From IMG/VR virus record IMGVR_UViG_3300044648_000391, positions 1 through 57,355 of that record: DNA of 57,355 nucleotides; one strand, 5' to 3'. Of this stretch, positions 9,223-17,249 are shown one piece after another (position 1 is the stretch's first letter; each line of letters starts with the position of its first letter). The DNA comes from a virus (taxonomy: Duplodnaviria > Caudoviricetes). The translations under genes and the position numbers were made by a program. Below the pieces are notes generated by a model. That model was not told the DNA's origin and did not search any database. It worked only from the letters and a program-made list of their open reading frames with translations.

Positions 9223-9276
9223 CTTGTCTCTGTTAGCTTTTTGCCTTTTCAATCAGGCAAGGTTAGCAGAGACAGG
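9223..9276 (+). promoter_or_regulatory. Long hairpin upstream of RNA ligase 1
   Basis: 9223-9238 pairs with 9261-9276; TTGCCT/AGGCAA inner stem. Confidence 0.5.
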
Positions 9277-9290
9277 CAAACCTCAATGGT

Positions 9291-10379
9291 GTGAGAAGTC
9301 TGGTTATGGCAATTGAATATATTTCATTAATGCATGACAAAATACAAAAGTTTGACATTAGCTATGCTGAAGATTTAATTGCTGATGGATGGATAAGACG
9401 TAGCGCTCATCCTTCGGGTGAACTTTTTATTTATAACTATACCGAAAAGACAGTCTACGAAAAGTTTTGGAATCAATATACTTTACAATGTCGAGGATTA
9501 ATCACTGACATAGAAGGTAATATCATTGCGCGACCATTTCCTAAGATTTTTAATGTAGAAGAGCTAGATAGTTTACCTAATGAGCCTTACGATGTTTACG
9601 AAAAACTAGATGGGTCCCTAGGTATTCTTTATTTTTATAAAGATAAGCCCTATATAGCGACCAGAGGGTCCTTTACAGGCGAGCAAGCGGTTGTTGCTAA
9701 TGAAATGCTTCAGAAATTAGATACTAGTGCATTTAGAAAAGGTCTTACCTATTTGTTTGAAATTATTTACCCAGAAAATAGAATAGTCGTAAATTATGGG
9801 GATGAGCGTTCGTTGCGATTAATTGGTCTTGTGGTTACAGCAACCGGTGAAGATATTTCCGACCTAGATGTTCAAGGATATGGCAGATTTCCTCACATTA
9901 CTGCGCTTAATCCTTCTGTTCCAGCGCTACAAGCTTTAAATATCCAAAACAAAGAAGGCTTTGTCCTTAGATTTAAGAGCGGTATCCGCGTTAAAGTAAA
10001 ATTTAAAGACTATGTTATGTTGCATAGCATTATTACTGAAATGACGGCGCGTAAGGTATGGGAAGCGGTTAAGAGTAATAAGTCATTTGATGAGTTTATT
10101 AAAAACATTCCAGACGAAATATTTGGGTGGATCAAAGCTAAGGAAAATTACTTCAAGGAACAATACGCCTTAATAGAGAGCAAAGCAAAAGCAGACCTTA
10201 ATAAGATAATGGGTGAATACCATGAAAACCGAAAAAGTGTTGCTATGATGATTAAGAATTGTGATAACCCGCATGTACTGTTTAGAATGTTCGATGATAA
10301 AGATTATAGCGAATGTATTTGGAAGACACTTGAACCTGAGCACGAACTACCTATACTTGACACACAAAAAAACACATGA
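9291..10379 (+). CDS. T4 Rnl1-like RNA ligase
   Basis: CRGLI, ARPFPKIFN, motif I EKLDGS, ATRGSF, YLFEIIYPENRIVV, EGFVL, KVK. Confidence 0.92.
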   Translation: MRSLVMAIEYISLMHDKIQKFDISYAEDLIADGWIRRSAHPSGELFIYNYTEKTVYEKFWNQYTLQCRGLITDIEGNIIARPFPKIFNVEELDSLPNEPYDVYEKLDGSLGILYFYKDKPYIATRGSFTGEQAVVANEMLQKLDTSAFRKGLTYLFEIIYPENRIVVNYGDERSLRLIGLVVTATGEDISDLDVQGYGRFPHITALNPSVPALQALNIQNKEGFVLRFKSGIRVKVKFKDYVMLHSIITEMTARKVWEAVKSNKSFDEFIKNIPDEIFGWIKAKENYFKEQYALIESKAKADLNKIMGEYHENRKSVAMMIKNCDNPHVLFRMFDDKDYSECIWKTLEPEHELPILDTQKNT

Positions 10380-10385
10380 TACATT
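10357..10385 (+). promoter_or_regulatory. Near-consensus sigma70 promoter with extended -10
   Basis: TTGACA-17 nt-TACATT with TG at 10377-10378. Confidence 0.75.
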
Positions 10386-10392
10386 ACCCGCC

Positions 10393-10740
10393 AGAATGCA
10401 TAGGAGTTGGGTCGGCTCCTGAGAGCTAGTCGTTAGGTAAATTCTCGAGCATTCTTACTAGTCTCTGTAACCGGTGAGCCGTACATCCGACGGGGTGTAC
10501 TCATTGTTTTGCAGCCAAGGCGAGCCATGTACGGTGAACCGTGCTTTAACCTTCTGGTAGGGAGGGTGGTTCACAAAACCTTGGAAGTCGCAAGCCGTAA
10601 GGGTGAGGGGGATAGCGGGTGGGTTTAAAGCGTATACGCTGTCCGTAAGCTCTAGGCAACTAGGCACTAGCTACGCTAAAAATAGTTTTACCACGGTACA
10701 TACTAGTCGGCATAAACGTCATCTCGAATTCCGGCCCGTC
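10393..10740 (+). ncRNA. Candidate large structured RNA (~350 nt)
   Basis: GC-rich gap without a sense ORF; many G-U-containing stems and GNRA loops; starts at the predicted +1. Confidence 0.7.
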
Positions 10741-10758
10741 TATTCTTTACGGTGAGCT

Positions 10759-11550
10759 ATGTTTTCAAAAATTAAAAGATATCTGCAAGATAAATTCTTC
10801 GATAAATACATTCCGTTGAACAAAGCAATTAAAGAGCTGTACAAGCTTGAAAAAAGCCTGATGCCTGGTAATGTGCCTGTAGGGGGGTTATGGGCGTGGA
10901 ATGCTTCAGAGGAATACAAGATTGTCCGAGAGTACTACCTTTTTAATCGGGGGTTGCAGCACCGCCTTTATGGTAAATTGAATCCTGACATATCGATAAA
11001 AAATAATTTCTTTCATATTGGTTGTGGCAGCCTACCTGCCTGGTCAGTAACCAATGAAACGGGTAAAAGAAATAGTACTAATATCCATATAAGCCATGTT
11101 TGGCGTGGTAATAATATTGTTGTTTACAAATATCAGAAACACGATCCATCTTTTTTTATCCCAAGCTCAATGTATATGACTGACATTACTGAATCTAAAA
11201 GAACATATATAGTTGCAATACATGACGTATCCGTAAAGCGTTCTCATCTTAGACATCTAGTGGATATCATTAAACAAGAGGCAGCAGAGTCACCAAGCAC
11301 TACCGAACACAAAGAGGATTTAAAACAAATCAGAAAAAGACGTAAGCGTGAGAAGCGACGATATAAAAACTCTGCAAAGTATAAAAAACGTAGGTTAGAA
11401 CTCATAGTTGATAAGAGAATACAGAAGACGGAGGCAGGTTTCCGAAAGCAGTGCTGGTTGTTTAAAGATATGTTTAATATACTCAAAGGGCACAACGATG
11501 AGTCGCATAAACCTATGTCGTATTCGCCTTCATGGGGTCCTGGTAAGTGA
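10759..11550 (+). CDS. Hypothetical protein with Arg/Lys-rich tract
   Basis: 263 aa; RKRRKREKRRYKNSAKYKKRR. Confidence 0.6.
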   Translation: MFSKIKRYLQDKFFDKYIPLNKAIKELYKLEKSLMPGNVPVGGLWAWNASEEYKIVREYYLFNRGLQHRLYGKLNPDISIKNNFFHIGCGSLPAWSVTNETGKRNSTNIHISHVWRGNNIVVYKYQKHDPSFFIPSSMYMTDITESKRTYIVAIHDVSVKRSHLRHLVDIIKQEAAESPSTTEHKEDLKQIRKRRKREKRRYKNSAKYKKRRLELIVDKRIQKTEAGFRKQCWLFKDMFNILKGHNDESHKPMSYSPSWGPGK

Positions 11551-11984
11551 AATGGGCATGGGCAGAAGACTACATTGCAAAGCCAAACGGCTGGGTAATT
11601 CTTGATTATAGTAGGAGTAAGAAACAAGTGTGGAAAGGGCCTGTTAAAATTAAATTGATTGCTGATTATGTGTTTCCGTTTAAACCCTCAATATTTACTA
11701 CTGAAGCCCCAAAAGTTGACAGCAAGGGGTATTTTACTTTTCGCAGGGATATAGAGGATGATAATTACGAAATGACTTACCATTTTTTTAAGATTTTAAA
11801 TTTAAAAGAAGAAATGCCCTTTAGCGATATTGAAAAATTTTTACATATGAAAAAGTTCGGAATATTAGCAGACATTAAGGTACGCCCAGAATACACTTAC
11901 GAACTTTCGAAAGCTCTAAAGGAATATGGCATTGAAACTAACTTAGTTCACCCTGAACAATACTGCAAGATTGAAATAGAATGA
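11547..11984 (+). CDS. Hypothetical protein
   Basis: 145 aa, 4-nt overlaps with both neighbours. Confidence 0.65.
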   Translation: MKWAWAEDYIAKPNGWVILDYSRSKKQVWKGPVKIKLIADYVFPFKPSIFTTEAPKVDSKGYFTFRRDIEDDNYEMTYHFFKILNLKEEMPFSDIEKFLHMKKFGILADIKVRPEYTYELSKALKEYGIETNLVHPEQYCKIEIE

Positions 11985-12259
11985 CAACTTTTGCATTACA
12001 AATAGACCCACGCGACCTGCGCATTGATATTTTTAGCGATTCTGGCGCGATGGTTAAAAACAAGTTAGGTATAAAAACTATTCGTATAACGCATTTACCA
12101 TCTGGCGAAGTCACAGAATGTGGTGACACATGCTCTAGGCATCCTAATATCTCCGCATGGAATATAGACCGAAAAAAATGTGCTATATCTCAGTTAAAGC
12201 AGAAGTTAAACGACAGTATCAAAGCTAAGCAATCAGGGGCAGGAAATGGAAGAAGTTAA
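11981..12259 (+). CDS. Class I release-factor domain-3-like protein lacking GGQ
   Basis: IDPRDLRIDIF..SGA..IRITHLPSGEVTEC..SRHPN..AISQLKQKL. Confidence 0.75.
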   Translation: MTTFALQIDPRDLRIDIFSDSGAMVKNKLGIKTIRITHLPSGEVTECGDTCSRHPNISAWNIDRKKCAISQLKQKLNDSIKAKQSGAGNGRS

Positions 12260-13394
12260 AAGAAAGCTAGCATCAATTCGGGTTATATCTGAAATCAAGC
12301 CGATAGAAGGTGCGGATAACATAGAGCTTGCTATTGTTGATGGCTGGCAGTGCGTGGTTAAGAAAGGTGATTTTGAGGCTGGCAATTTATGTGTTTATTT
12401 TGAAATAGATTCATTCTTGCCTATACGCCCAGAGTTTGAATTCCTCCGCAAGTCTTCGTATAAGAAGATGGGTAATAAAGAGGGATTTAGGCTTAAAACG
12501 ATTAGGCTTAGAGGTCAGATATCGCAGGGATTGGTGTTAAGGATAGGATTCTTAACATATAATGCGAAAAGGAGTACCTTATATTTCTCGTTAGAAGGAG
12601 ACATTTTGCGTACTATACCGGCATATCCAAATTTATGCTCACAAGCCATTACTCTGAGCGACAAGGAGTATGAAGAATTTAAGCGTAATAGTCTCGGGGG
12701 AACCGACCTTACAGAAGTTTTAGGTATCGAAAAATACGAACCACCCATCCCCGCATGTTTAGCCGGAAAGGTTAAGGGCAACTTTCCGTCATTTATCCGT
12801 AAAACAGACTTAGAGCGTGTACAGAATATCTGGGGTGACATAAAAGACCGTATGGAATCATTTGAGGTGACGGTTAAGCTAGATGGTACAAGCTGTACGT
12901 TTTATTTGAAAGATGGGGTATTCGGTGTCTGTTCACGTAACCTAGAGCTAAAGGAAGAAGAGAACAACACTTACTGGAAGATGGCCAGAAAATACAATAT
13001 TGAGCAGCTGCTTAGAGATTGTGGCCAAAACCTAGCACTACAGGGCGAAATCATTGGGGAAGGTATACAAGGCAATCCTGAGGGTATTCAGGGGCAAGAA
13101 TTCTACTTGTTTGATATTTGGGATATTGATAACCATCGATATTTAATGCCGCTTGAAAGGGTTTTGTTATGGACTGATAAGTTTAACTCGATACCCTGGT
13201 GTCCGTATACAGAAGAGCGTGGACTTAGCTTCGACAAGGATTTATCACACCTAGATTTAAACGAATTCCTAGGATATGCAAATGGCAAGTCATTACATGC
13301 TGATATGCGGGAAGGGATTGTATTTAAGTCAAACGATTCCGACCTAAGATTTAAGGTTATATCAAATGAATATTTATTAAAGAAGGGTGATTAA
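12246..13394 (+). CDS. RNA ligase, DRB0094/Rnl5 family
   Basis: N-terminal RKLASIRVI..IEGADNIE..GWQCVVKKG..YFEIDS OB module; KLDGTS, VCSRN, LQGE, FDI, REGIVFK, FKVIS. Confidence 0.93.
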   Translation: MEEVKRKLASIRVISEIKPIEGADNIELAIVDGWQCVVKKGDFEAGNLCVYFEIDSFLPIRPEFEFLRKSSYKKMGNKEGFRLKTIRLRGQISQGLVLRIGFLTYNAKRSTLYFSLEGDILRTIPAYPNLCSQAITLSDKEYEEFKRNSLGGTDLTEVLGIEKYEPPIPACLAGKVKGNFPSFIRKTDLERVQNIWGDIKDRMESFEVTVKLDGTSCTFYLKDGVFGVCSRNLELKEEENNTYWKMARKYNIEQLLRDCGQNLALQGEIIGEGIQGNPEGIQGQEFYLFDIWDIDNHRYLMPLERVLLWTDKFNSIPWCPYTEERGLSFDKDLSHLDLNEFLGYANGKSLHADMREGIVFKSNDSDLRFKVISNEYLLKKGD

Positions 13395-13663
13395 TGGAAT
13401 CCATACTTAACGATGTGTTTGATATAAAGATAACAGCCCATGCACCCTATAAGGACACTAACATTACGCTCTATCGGATAAGTTTTAAGGCGGGGAGATT
13501 GTATAGTTATGAATTCTCTATCTGTAAGAAATACAATCGTATGGAGTGTGACTTATTTTGCAAGGGTCTAGAAGAATCAATCCGAACGCTTATAAGATGC
13601 ATGTTAGAAGATATGGCCAGGGCTATTGGCGGAACGCCTTTATCCAAGCTTGATAAATCGTGA
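13394..13663 (+). CDS. Hypothetical protein
   Basis: Translationally coupled to the ligase. Confidence 0.55.
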   Translation: MESILNDVFDIKITAHAPYKDTNITLYRISFKAGRLYSYEFSICKKYNRMECDLFCKGLEESIRTLIRCMLEDMARAIGGTPLSKLDKS

Positions 13664-13678
13664 TATAATACACATAAT

Positions 13679-13755
13679 AGCGGGGTGGAGCAGTCTGGCA
13701 GCTCGCCTGCCTCATAAGCAGGAGGTCGCAGGTTCAAATCCTGCCTCCGCTACCA
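13679..13755 (+). tRNA. tRNA(CAT) with initiator-like body
   Basis: AGCGGGGTGGAGCAGTCTGGCAGCTCG, loop CTCATAA, CCA; TATAAT at 13664. Confidence 0.92.
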
Positions 13756-13889
13756 AATATAATTGGAGGGTTAAAAATGAATCAAGATGACGTTAAACAA
13801 GTAGAGCAGGATTCTTTCAATATGGATATTTTATCTGAGAAAGAGTCAGATATTGCACAAGAAAAGTATTTTGGGTAAGGGGATAAGTT

Positions 13890-14285
13890 ATGATACGTTT
13901 TACAGCAATTGACACGATTAATTTTGAAAATGATTTAGAAAAGGATAAGTTCTTTCAGGCTCTCGTTGGTAAGTATCTTATCTTTCGAGACCAGTGCTGC
14001 GACTTTGTCGGTAAGTTAATAGAGCAAGATGTTAACAGAAGATGGCGAGATAATTTTTATTTACTTGGAGATGTAATCTATGTTCCAAATTTGTTTAATG
14101 AATACGTAAATTATTTTTGGCTGTGTGACACCGAAAGGAAAGCGGGAAATGGCATTCTACTATTTAACACAAAAGAGCCGATTTATTTTGAACGTTTAGA
14201 TATAGATATTTTACCGATTAAGCAACCTTATGGTATTTTGGATGACAACGAAGCGTTAGCTAAAAAGCTTTTGGGTAACGTTTAG
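13890..14285 (+). CDS. Hypothetical protein
   Basis: 131 aa ORF. Confidence 0.6.
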   Translation: MIRFTAIDTINFENDLEKDKFFQALVGKYLIFRDQCCDFVGKLIEQDVNRRWRDNFYLLGDVIYVPNLFNEYVNYFWLCDTERKAGNGILLFNTKEPIYFERLDIDILPIKQPYGILDDNEALAKKLLGNV

Positions 14286-14298
14286 CATCAACAATATA

Positions 14299-14376
14299 CT
14301 GAGAGTAGCGCAGCTTGGGTAGCGTACCTCCCTTGGAAGGAGGTGGTCGTTGGTTCAAATCCAACCTCTCAGACCA
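14299..14376 (+). tRNA. tRNA-Pro(TGG)
   Basis: CTGAGAG/CTCTCAG, loop CTTGGAA, CCA. Confidence 0.93.
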
Positions 14377-14377
14377 A

Positions 14378-14462
14378 GCCCTGTTGGTGGAATTGGCAGA
14401 CACAGCGGGCTTAGAACCCGCCGTAGCAATACATCTCGGTTCAAGTCCGAGGCAGGGTACCA
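14378..14462 (+). tRNA. tRNA-Leu(TAG)
   Basis: Long variable arm, loop CTTAGAA, CCA. Confidence 0.93.
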
Positions 14463-14719
14463 GGTTTCTTAAGCCCATAGTAATAATTGGCATAAGTATT
14501 TAACACGCTCTTTCCAAAGATAAGGCCCGCGTCAAAACTTTCCCTCGGAAAATTAGTCACAATAATACTCGCCATTACATTACCCAGCAGGTTAATAGCC
14601 GTACCAACTGACTCCTTCTTTACGATTTCATGCAAAGACTTGCAAAGCACATCTCTGCGCTTTGCTTCTTCTGGTGTAACCTCAACCTCTTGGATATCGG
14701 ATTGAGACTTGTCAGTCAT
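14441..14719 (-). CDS. Hypothetical protein
   Basis: Coupled to the HigA-like gene; 3' end overlaps tRNA-Leu on the opposite strand. Confidence 0.55.
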   Translation of the reverse strand: MTDKSQSDIQEVEVTPEEAKRRDVLCKSLHEIVKKESVGTAINLLGNVMASIIVTNFPRESFDAGLIFGKSVLNTYANYYYGLKKPGTLPRT

Positions 14720-15008
14720 CCTCCGATGGTTCACTTACTTCATTCTCAGATTCAGAGCTGCTATTACTCGATGCGTAATCCTTCCTTACGCTAGTCCAGT
14801 AGTTGTAGTCTTTACCTTCAACATTCAGGCTAGCAAGCTTCTTTGCCATTTTATCAGTCAAAGTAGTCCTGCCTTTTATGGCGGACCTAATGGTGCTTTC
14901 ATTAACGCCTAACTTCTCGGCTAATTGGTAATTTGTTAGCTTAAGCTCTTCTTTAAAGCTTCTAAGCGCATCACCTGGTGATATTGGTTTAATGTTATCG
15001 TTTGACAT
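14712..15008 (-). CDS. HigA-like HTH antitoxin/regulator
   Basis: PISPGDAL...LTNYQLAEKLGV...IKGRTTLTDKMAKKLA...YW. Confidence 0.7.
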   Translation of the reverse strand: MSNDNIKPISPGDALRSFKEELKLTNYQLAEKLGVNESTIRSAIKGRTTLTDKMAKKLASLNVEGKDYNYWTSVRKDYASSNSSSESENEVSEPSEDD

Positions 15009-15026
15009 ATTGCCCCCTATTGTTAA

Positions 15027-16187
15027 TTAATACCCTTTCCAATTAATAATTGGTTTTAAATGCCTTAAAACCTTAACACTTGCCTGCTGAAGCTCCATAA
15101 CCTCAAAGATATTCTTGTAAGCCATTGGGCTTTCATCTATCGTCTCTTGGTTAACGGGTGCTACAATTCCGCGCATCTTATCACGAAACTCATCCATACT
15201 TATAATCTTTCTAGCCTGCCCTCGGCTTAATGCTCTGCCAGCCCCATGCGAAGAGCTATTGAGAAAATCTGCATTCCCCAAACCTTCTACTAAAAAGCAG
15301 CCATCTTTCATGTTGGCGGGTATAACACCCCGCTCACCCTTTTCTGAAGAAGTAGCGCCCTTTCGATGCAGATAAACATTAGGTTGAACCTCAATGCAGT
15401 GATTATGATTCTTGTTAGTCCAGAGATTCTTTGTAGTATCGTATTCAACCCCACAAATAATAAAAATGGCAGCCTCTACCTTCTTCGCCATCGACAATCT
15501 ATTGAGCAATGCAAACTTTAAGCAATAATCTTGATAAATCATGTACTCTTTCTTAATCTCTTCATTCTGGATAGCATACGTTGCCTCAAATCCCTTATCG
15601 AGACCCGATACAAGCTTCATAAAGCATGTACCTATGGTGTGACCAACCCCTCGTGAACCGCTGTGTATTACGAGCCAGGTTTCGTTCTTGTATTCAAGTA
15701 TTTCAATAAAATGGTTGCCAGAACCAAGAGTGCCCAGGTTTTTAAGAGACCTATCGTTCACTTGGCGTAAAAGCCCAGATAATAAATTGCAGGAAGACAA
15801 CTTATTAAGTTTATCTAAATCGTTTTGCATACCTGCTTTGAAGTAAATATTGTCTCCTGCCTTATTAAAACCACCCATACCCATTGGAATTGAGCGGTTA
15901 ACTTCTTTAAATAACGCCACCGCATTACGCTTAATGCTTTCTTGGGCTTTCTTGTCTTCCGATATCTTAACTGCAATCATGCCGCAACCAATGTCATAAC
16001 CAACCCAGGCAGGCACAATCGCACCCGTGGTTTTAATAACACTACCAATGGGTGCTACATACCCGCTATGCGCATCTGGCATTAGGGCTGCTTCTGTTAC
16101 AAAATCATGCGCGCAGCATTCGTCAAACTGCTTCTTGGCGCTTTCTTCGAGTGACGCTATGTTTGCGTGTATGCTTATTTTTTTCAT
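15027..16187 (-). CDS. rtcB: RtcB RNA ligase
   Basis: MPDAHSGY, GYDIGCGM, LGTLGSGNHFIE, HSGSRG, HNH, HRKGA, SHGAGR, DESPMAYK. Confidence 0.96.
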   Translation of the reverse strand: MKKISIHANIASLEESAKKQFDECCAHDFVTEAALMPDAHSGYVAPIGSVIKTTGAIVPAWVGYDIGCGMIAVKISEDKKAQESIKRNAVALFKEVNRSIPMGMGGFNKAGDNIYFKAGMQNDLDKLNKLSSCNLLSGLLRQVNDRSLKNLGTLGSGNHFIEILEYKNETWLVIHSGSRGVGHTIGTCFMKLVSGLDKGFEATYAIQNEEIKKEYMIYQDYCLKFALLNRLSMAKKVEAAIFIICGVEYDTTKNLWTNKNHNHCIEVQPNVYLHRKGATSSEKGERGVIPANMKDGCFLVEGLGNADFLNSSSHGAGRALSRGQARKIISMDEFRDKMRGIVAPVNQETIDESPMAYKNIFEVMELQQASVKVLRHLKPIINWKGY

Positions 16188-16338
16188 CTTCTAGTCTCCG
16201 GTTAACCTTCTGCATTAAAACTTCTTTGACAAATGGCATTAAACTAACAGGTATTCGTATAGGTACTGTTCTTTCGCCATACCTTCCTGTGCCATACGGT
16301 CTACCAGAATTCTCCCTGTAACCCCCTAAACCTGCCAT
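16123..16338 (-). CDS. Small probable ribbon-helix-helix DNA-binding protein
   Basis: GGYRENSGRP...TVPIRIPVSL. Confidence 0.55.
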   Translation of the reverse strand: MAGLGGYRENSGRPYGTGRYGERTVPIRIPVSLMPFVKEVLMQKVNRRLEDEKNKHTRKHSVTRRKRQEAV

Positions 16339-16490
16339 ATTACCCCCCCCTTTTTTTAAACTATATTTTACATTCCCTTTTAAGATGTAAAATAATTAAC
16401 CTGCGAATACACCCATACAAAAGATAAAGTTTATACGCTACAAGTATTGCGCACACTATCAGGCTAACCTCTGATTTAAATCCAAGCATT

Positions 16491-16715
16491 TTAATTATCC
16501 TTTCTTGGGATACGTGGGTCTAAATCTAAAAGCGCTGAAAACTTTTGGATATCACCACCAGTTTCAACATATTGTGGTAAAAAATAAATCAACCCCAGCA
16601 AGTCATTGATGGTATCAATCGTTGAATCATCCAAAGATGACAACTTATGTTCATTAAACAGGATTTCGTTGTATACCTTTTTTCGAAGCGTTACCAGTTC
16701 TTCTCGATTAGTCAT
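16491..16715 (-). CDS. Hypothetical protein
   Basis: 74 aa, coupled to the upstream gene. Confidence 0.5.
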   Translation of the reverse strand: MTNREELVTLRKKVYNEILFNEHKLSSLDDSTIDTINDLLGLIYFLPQYVETGGDIQKFSALLDLDPRIPRKDN

Positions 16716-16935
16716 TACTGCACCCCTTCAGTTTCAAGTTTTCTTGTTGACAAGCCTCAAGCTTATTCTCAAGTTCTTTAATCTTTTTCTTTAAAGATTC
16801 CACTTGCTCTAAGCAATCATTTTTAGCTGACTGCTGAGAAAAATACCCTACCGCAAATCCTGTCCCAAAACCACTTGAAGCTGAGCAGGGTATCAATAAA
16901 ATAACAATAGCTGCCCACACCTTAATAGACTTCAT
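16708..16935 (-). CDS. Small exported coiled-coil protein
   Basis: Signal peptide followed by a heptad coiled coil. Confidence 0.55.
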   Translation of the reverse strand: MKSIKVWAAIVILLIPCSASSGFGTGFAVGYFSQQSAKNDCLEQVESLKKKIKELENKLEACQQENLKLKGCSND

Positions 16936-16951
16936 CCATATACTCCTATGC

Positions 16952-17027
16952 TGGCGTCCCCGAGGAGATTCGAACTCCCGTTGCCACCTTGAAAGGGTGA
17001 TGTCCTAGCCAATTAGACGACGGAGAC
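16952..17027 (-). tRNA. tRNA-Glu(TTC)
   Basis: GTCTCCG/CGGGGAC, loop CTTTCAA, CCA. Confidence 0.93.
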
Positions 17028-17029
17028 AT

Positions 17030-17105
17030 TGGCGGACCGTGTGGGGATTGAACCCACGACCTTCGACATGACAAGCCGGCGCTCTACCAACTGAGCTAAC
17101 GATCC
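17030..17105 (-). tRNA. tRNA-Asp(GTC)
   Basis: GGATCGT/ACGGTCC, loop TTGTCAT, CCA. Confidence 0.93.
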
Positions 17106-17249
17106 AGTTTCTATAAAATAACACACATTAATTGAATATGCAACTATTATTTTAAATATCCCTGAGCTGATTACCCGCTCTATTCGGCTCACGTCCGTAT
17201 CCCCCTAGCCTTTTTCGTGATATCTTAACCATTCCAATGGAAATAGGTC

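Noticed and set aside
10454-10468. Group I intron R-like sequence CAGAGACTA on the minus strand
   Set aside because: No matching S element or P7 partner downstream; G-U pairs and the promoter favour the + strand
7876-14503. ORF-track entries 7876..8088, 10458..10667, 13507..13737, 14260..14493 and 14315..14503
   Set aside because: They overlap tRNAs or structured RNA candidates and lack convincing starts
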